Below, one piece after another: positions 57,783 through 64,000 of a stretch of 64,000 nt of DNA (position 1 is the first letter of the stretch; each line of letters starts with the position of its first letter). The notes below the pieces were generated by a model. The model was given only the letters and a program-made list of their open reading frames with translations. It was not told the origin of the DNA and made no database searches. A program made the translations under genes and the position numbers. The stretch is from Hamiltosporidium tvaerminnensis FI-OER-3-3 (Eukaryota > Fungi > Microsporidia), in contig JAKIMF020000005.1 of assembly GCA_022605425.2 (NCBI GenBank), positions 186,001 through 250,000 of the forward strand. Direction: 5' to 3'.

Positions 57783-60229
57783 CTAGTCTGAAAATTTAAT
57801 CTTTTGCAAATATTTCAATGTTGAAATGGAATTTACTGAAAAGACATTATTATCAATAGCTGAATTAACAAAATGAAGATTTAGCAATGATGACTGAGTT
57901 ATTATAAATTGAATCGTATCTTTTGTAATGTAAGATCCTACCAGAAATAATGTGTTTAATTTCGGAAAATACATATTACCATATATTGCAGCAAAACCCC
58001 TATAAATGTTGGCTTCGAGCGTAATAGAAAGATTTTCAAGATTTTTAAATCGACTTAATATGAGCAAATCAATAATATCGAATTGATTTCCAAAAATAAC
58101 TAGCTTTTTTAAAGATAAATATAAAGAATCGTTTGAAATATATTCCATAAACCCAGGTTTCAGGTTGCATTTTTGCAGTTTTAATTTTTTTAAAAATTTA
58201 AACTGACTTAAAAATATCATATCCTTTTGAAGAGATTCTGAACTTGAAAAATCCAAAGAACGCACTGTATTGGAAGAAAGAAATTTTTTGGATAAAATTT
58301 TGGCAAAAGGAGGCAAATTACAAAGTTTTAAGGTTTCCAACTTTTAAAACTTACTCAGGAAATTTACGATACAAGAGTCTAAACGGCACCTACTTGGATT
58401 CAATTTTTTTGTAAATGAATGCAAAGTATTTTGCTCATGTATATTTTTAAGCTTTATTGAATCTAAATATTCTAACGATAGATTTTCGACTTCTAAACCG
58501 ATTAGGAAGAAATTTTTTTGTTTTTGGCTAAATATTCCAGCGAGGTCTAAAACAAGATATTTTTTTCCGCTTAAAGTATCGCATTTGGTTTTAAAATTCG
58601 AAAAATCTAGATGCCTCATGCTTAAATATTCCAAGTTTCTGGATTTAATCAATAAGTTTGTACAAGTATAGCCTAATTTCGCACAATCTATTCTCAAACC
58701 GCGCAATGCATCGTTTTCATTCCAGGGGAGCAATTCATACAAATATCTTTTGTAAAAAGAATATGATAGATCTAAGTATTCTATTTTCATATTCCCGAGA
58801 TTGTTAAAAAAAACTTCGGTTAGCTTAAAACCAATAATTTTCAAAACTTTAAGTTGTAGGAAATGCCAACACAATTTAGCAAAAAACTGATTTTTAGATG
58901 GAAGAATACAATTAACTAAAATTAATGATTCCAAATTGTTTAAATTTTGCATTATGCAAATATCATAAGGTGTCAAAGTAACTCTTTCTAATTCCAAATA
59001 TCTTATTTGAGTTTTCTTCATAATTATAATAGCTTTTAACACCTTAGAAGAAAATACAAACAATTTTGGAGTCAGAGATTCTCGAGGTAAATTATTTTCA
59101 ATATAATCTTTGTCTTTTTCATAGCATTCGGAATAATACATATTATCATGAGATATTTTTAATCCATTTATTTTATATGAGAATATCACCCAAAAAAATA
59201 ATTCCGCATCAAAATCGGGTTGATTCTCAATCAGAATAAGTGCTTTCGGGGTCGTTCGTATTTTTATATCATTGATAATAGTTTTATGAAAATAATATAT
59301 CTCGTTTTCATTTGTCTTTTTTAGAAATAATACTTCATTAATATTTTCATCGAATTCTACATTAATGCCGTCAAAAAAAGTAGATAGAAATGGCAAAAAA
59401 GGTGATGTGTTTACTGAAAAGATATGTTTTTCAATTACATTAGGAAATTTATTTAGGATATCATTTTTATATGAAACTAATAAAGAAATAAGGTGTTTAT
59501 ACAAGCCAAATATAACATTTTATTCAGCATAACAAATATAATCAGAAAAAATCACCAGAAAGTCCATAAGCTTTTCTTTTTTTAAATCTGAGCATTTTAT
59601 ATTATAGCTGAAATTCAGAACAAAAAGAAAAATTTCAAATGTTTCAATATCAATATTTATTTTTGTTATTTCAGAAATATTGCATTTACACACATTTTTT
59701 TCTGATTTGGGTAAGTTATTTAATTATTTAGATCGGATAATGAATTCATCAGAATAGTTAAAAACTTAAGATTTTTCGTTTTTCGTTATCCATTCCACAT
59801 TTTTATCCTAATTTGCTCCGAACTTTTGAATTTTTTTCTGCTGTATGGATCTGATGATAGCGATTCCACAGATTTGGAAATATTTCCGTATTGGAAGGTA
59901 TAATCACTCTGATTATCTTTAATTTCACTAAATATTCTTTTTTTGTTGCAGTTTATTTCTTCGTTTTTGTTTGCTTCCGAGCACCGACTAATGAGTTCCT
60001 TCTGTATAAAATTCAATTCCAGGTCATTATTTGAAATGTCTTGGTCGTTTTTTTGTGGAATACCACTGATTATGGGGCATATTGCATTATTATCATCGAG
60101 GCTGTAATAGGCAGAGTGCTCATTCAATTTTTGGTTATAATGAAAATCTTCGACTTCGTTAGAAAATGTCCCTTCAATTCTAAAACATTTACACTGATTT
60201 TTTAGCATAGAACAAAAAAGGAAACCCAA
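57783..60229 (-). pseudogene. Pseudogene of the secreted BTB-like/LRR family
   Basis: ORFs 59786-60229, 58344-59504 and 57783-58340 are colinear. 58344-58346 is an in-frame TAA between two LRR blocks. Further in-frame TAAs and a frameshift at about 59520-59810. Confidence 0.78.
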
Positions 60230-61086
60230 AATAACTTTAGTTTTGTCTTCTTATTTACCAAAACCCCCGTTTTTACCTAATTTTTTTGTGTTTGGTGTTT
60301 TTCTTAAAAAACAGTATTGCATAATTTTATTATTTCTGATCATCTAAGAATATTTTTTTTCTGCTTTGATATATATTTCTAATTAAAGATTAAAATGTTT
60401 TTTGATCTTTTCATGAGATAAGAATAGTTTCATTTAATATTTTTTACAAGCTTTATCGGTTTTGGAATGTTATTTTAGTGTATAAAAAAGTTATTTATCT
60501 TTTCTTTGCGATAATATTTATGTTTGAAATTTATTTACCGCTATTAGATTGTCATTTACCCGCACTTTTTTAATTTAAAGAAATATTATTTTTCTTTTAT
60601 AAAGAGAAAACATTTAAAATTAGATTGTTTTAGTCCAAGATACTTTTTTTCCAATTTACATATATTTTGCGAAAATATTTTATGTATTTATTTTTAGAAA
60701 TTAACACAGCAAGTAAAATAAAAGTATATAATATAAATAAATTCTAGCTTTTATGCATTCAAAATAAAAATCCAACTCATTATTTTGAGATAATCCTATA
60801 TTTTTTGAAAACAAAAATTTAACTCAACAGGCAAGTTTTTTTAAAATAAAAATTAATTATGGCGTTTGTATTGAGAATATAAACTGACAAATTTTATTAT
60901 TCTTTAGTAATTTTTGTCGATTTAAGTCTTCTTTACCAGAAAAAGCACGAATTATTGTTTTTGTACTACACTACACCATATAACGCACAAATTAAAAAAA
61001 TTAAAAATTTCATTTTTGGGAAATTTCAATTAATTTGAATCCGGAAGAAAATATATCCTATTAATTTAGAAAGGAAAAAAAGGCTA

Positions 61087-61805
61087 CCTTATTTAAAATA
61101 ATCACATCTTGTTAAAACAGTGTCAAGTTTTATTTTTTTTCATGGCATTAACATGGTTCTAGGTTTAACATAAATTACTGCTATCCCAACACTCCATCGG
61201 TACCTCCTGGGATACCTACGTCCCAAAGCTTTCATCTACCAAGTACTAGAACCTAATTAATAAGCGAGGCAGTTGTCCGCTATTCTTTAATGTCGATTGC
61301 ATGGTGTGAGATCAAAGTTCGAAGTCTACCGCGAGCTCCCCAAGACCATGCCACATTCTCACTTACTCTACACTTTCTGTTCCCAATAAACTTCTAGAAA
61401 ATATATATTTCAGAGACTTATATGTCGTTCACCTAGACCATGCAATGTCGTACCAAAAGGTATAAACCGGACCTTAAGTCTCTCGGCTTAAATGGTCTAT
61501 TTTAAATATATCTCGGGCGCTAAGTCTTCTAACACGAATGAGCAAGGCTAGGGTTCTCTGCTTTAATATGGCAATTACCTAAAAGTTAAGCTGCAGCCTG
61601 CAGTCTAGTTACATAAAAAACCAAAAAAAGTTGTAGAAAAAGATTCGTCTTTTCGTAGGACTTTTCCTCTTCATACAAACTCTGATGGAAAAACCGAATG
61701 TGTAGTGTGGTTTTACTCCCCCTAAAAATCCAAAAAATAACCTTTAGACCATTTTCCCAAACATTGCTAGGCAGAAGGTTTTTTATGTTGTTATCCTCCG
61801 TCTAC
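61087..61805 (-). repeat. Structured ~730-nt dispersed repeat, copy F (full length, diverged)
   Basis: Colinear with copy B from CTTATTTAAAA..ATCACATCTT to TTATCCTCC. Confidence 0.9.
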
Positions 61806-61929
61806 CATGATATTTTTAAACAATTAAATTATTTTAAAATAAATAGTTTAATTGAAGGAGGTGAGTTTATTATTTCAACAAGCGCCAATGAAACAATTAA
61901 CATGCTGCTAACGAATTAACTTGTAAAAT

Positions 61930-63580
61930 AGAAAAGTAAGGTACGCAACAACACTCTCAATGCATTTCATGTTCCAAGATATTTTAAAAAAACAAGCTCA
62001 AACCATCTAAGCTATTTGAGCATTTTAACAATCTGCATGTTAGTAAAGGTATGAATAGCAGGAATAGTTTGAAGTCAAAAGAGGATCAGTGAGATTAAGG
62101 GGTAAAATTCTAAAAGTATGTGCTTAGCACTCGAAAAGCCTTTGTTAGAGTGCCCTATCAATCGGCATATTTTGCAAGAAAAAAAACTTCACACGATTGT
62201 TGAGTAATTGATAAAACTTTGCGCATTAATAATAGCCAAAATGGCAGTAAATTCTAATGCACATAATATAATCCAAGACATTCCGTTATCGAATGATATA
62301 ATTTGAGCGTGAATTCAAGATCTTAGTAAAGATATTTTACTGCATACAATAGATACATGAAAGTAAGTCCACTAAAGACGGGCATATAATTTATTGGGTT
62401 CACAGATATTGATAATTGCTCCAGCTACTAGTTCTTGTGCGATATATAGAAGAAAAATAATAATAAAGGAGTTTATATTTTAGGAATCACCGTGTTGACT
62501 TCAAGAGAAACATATATTTGTAATCACATAAAAGATTTTTTAAAAATATTTTTACCATTGTTTGTGAAAGGCGCTATACATATTGATGGGACTAAGGTAA
62601 TGTTAGGCAACATGCTGGAATTTTTTAAAAAACGAAAAGGGAATTTCTGCAAGTTACAATAACATAATGCATTTTAGATCGTTACGCATTTGCCTTAAAA
62701 ACTCCACCAGAAACTTTAAAATATCATCTAATTACAGCAATAAAATCAGTAAAATATATCCGTAAACGAGCTTCAAGCATAATATTTTTCGTTTTCCGCA
62801 CGAAGAAATCAATGCTGCCCATACTGATCTTCTATATCACACCGAAATAGGATGGTTCTTTGAAGGCAGCATATTGAGCGAGTTTTTAAATTGCATGAAG
62901 AAATTATTCAGTTATTGACATGTCGAAACGTGATTTAGTAAATGATCTTGAGACTAAGAACTCTATTAAAGACAACCCTAGTTAGCAGGTATATAGCCCA
63001 TAAATGAATTGAGCATATCAATCAAAGTATTTGGTGCAAATATAATAGTAGCTAGTGAAAATTATCTTCATTTATTTGAAAAAAAGAAACTCGGGTACTC
63101 GAAGGGAAATTGGAAATTTTGTTAACTTTTTCTCGCTTGATTCAATTGTTGTAGAAAAAGAAAAAAAATACCAGTATACACGGCATTGCAATGCATTTTA
63201 AATCATTGACTGAATCATTAAGTGGATATCTTTCTACTTTAAATACTACCAAAATCAAAAATAGATACAAATCCAATTCTTTATAACCTAAATTCGATAG
63301 ATGATAGTGATTTAAAAAAAGAAATCTTATTAAAAGGCGAGATAGTGGACATATTTAAATGAAATTCAAACAGTTATAATGCATCCACAATTGGCAAAAG
63401 AAGCATTAGAGTTGCTTCTACCATTTGCTACTACTATTTTTATTAAATAAGGTTTTCTCCACTTTTGCACATAAAATGCAAAGCGATAAATTGCTTGAAT
63501 GGAAGCGATGACTTGATTTTTCTCTTTCAAAAAATAGATTCGCTTCACATAATTTCAATAAACAAGCAACACCAGTCTAT
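61930..63580 (+). pseudogene. Decayed hAT (Buster/Charlie, ZBED5-like) transposase
   Basis: In order: KPSKL, IPLSND (62280), .DG...MLG (about 62582), LLYHTEI (62829, cf. LLYHTEVRWLS), PFATT (63421). Many stops. Confidence 0.75.
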
Positions 63581-64000
63581 CTATTAAATATAACAATATT
63601 TTTAAGTATTTGGTATATAATATCTAAATTTTTTTCTATAAACAACACATTTGCAAAAAATCGTAACACCTTTTGATCAGAGGCACGGAGCCCAATTTTC
63701 AGATACAAAGGGGTGCACCTCATTTACTATGTTAAAAATCATTGATCAAACTTATATATCTAAGGGATTAAAGAGACATCCAAGATCCATTGTTAAATTA
63801 TTTGATTATACCTTATAGATCTAATGAATAACTAATTACGTATGACAACTACAGATGAAAAGTCGATTAAGTCAAAGTTTTTTTAATAATTCTAAACTAT
63901 ACACATTATTTCTAGTCTATAAAACGAAAAAATATATGAAACAACAATTTCGATGGCGAAGAAGATTAGAATCAAAGCCGTACTATTGGTAGTAGTAATT

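Noticed and set aside
58344-59770. TAA reassignment or readthrough suggested by several in-frame TAA codons
   Set aside because: Conserved genes (CCT, LSM5-like, Rpn12-like) terminate at TAA, and the same locus also has a frameshift. AT-biased pseudogene decay explains it.
63678-63720. GC-richer CAG-starting segment resembling a hAT terminus
   Set aside because: No matching inverted repeat or TSD was found within the window.

Overview
Very AT-rich, gene-sparse eukaryotic DNA with no evident introns. CCC-like motifs just upstream of ATGs, reduced housekeeping genes, expanded signal-peptide/LRR families and many transposon fossils fit a large-genome microsporidian (Hamiltosporidium-like; an inference, not a database result). 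Recognisable genes: a reduced Rpn12-like proteasome subunit, a double B-box/coiled-coil protein with a degenerate PARP-like N-terminus, a Gde1-type glycerophosphodiester phosphodiesterase with a signal peptide, choline-phosphate cytidylyltransferase, and adjacent LSM5-like and SF3A1/Prp21-like genes. Lineage-specific content: a secreted paralogue pair and four signal peptide + BTB-like + LRR genes, all split or pseudogenised. Mobile DNA: a Ginger2/TDD-type TIR-integrase transposon, an RLE-type non-LTR retrotransposon, two solo-LTR-like elements, hAT elements and older fossils. The most striking unexplained feature is a ~730-nt non-coding dispersed repeat present six times. It folds on one strand (UUCG tetraloop, G-U-tolerant and compensatory changes between copies), one copy has a 17-bp flanking direct repeat, and it has no TIR, tRNA head or conserved ORF. 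It is a candidate new structured-RNA retroposon.
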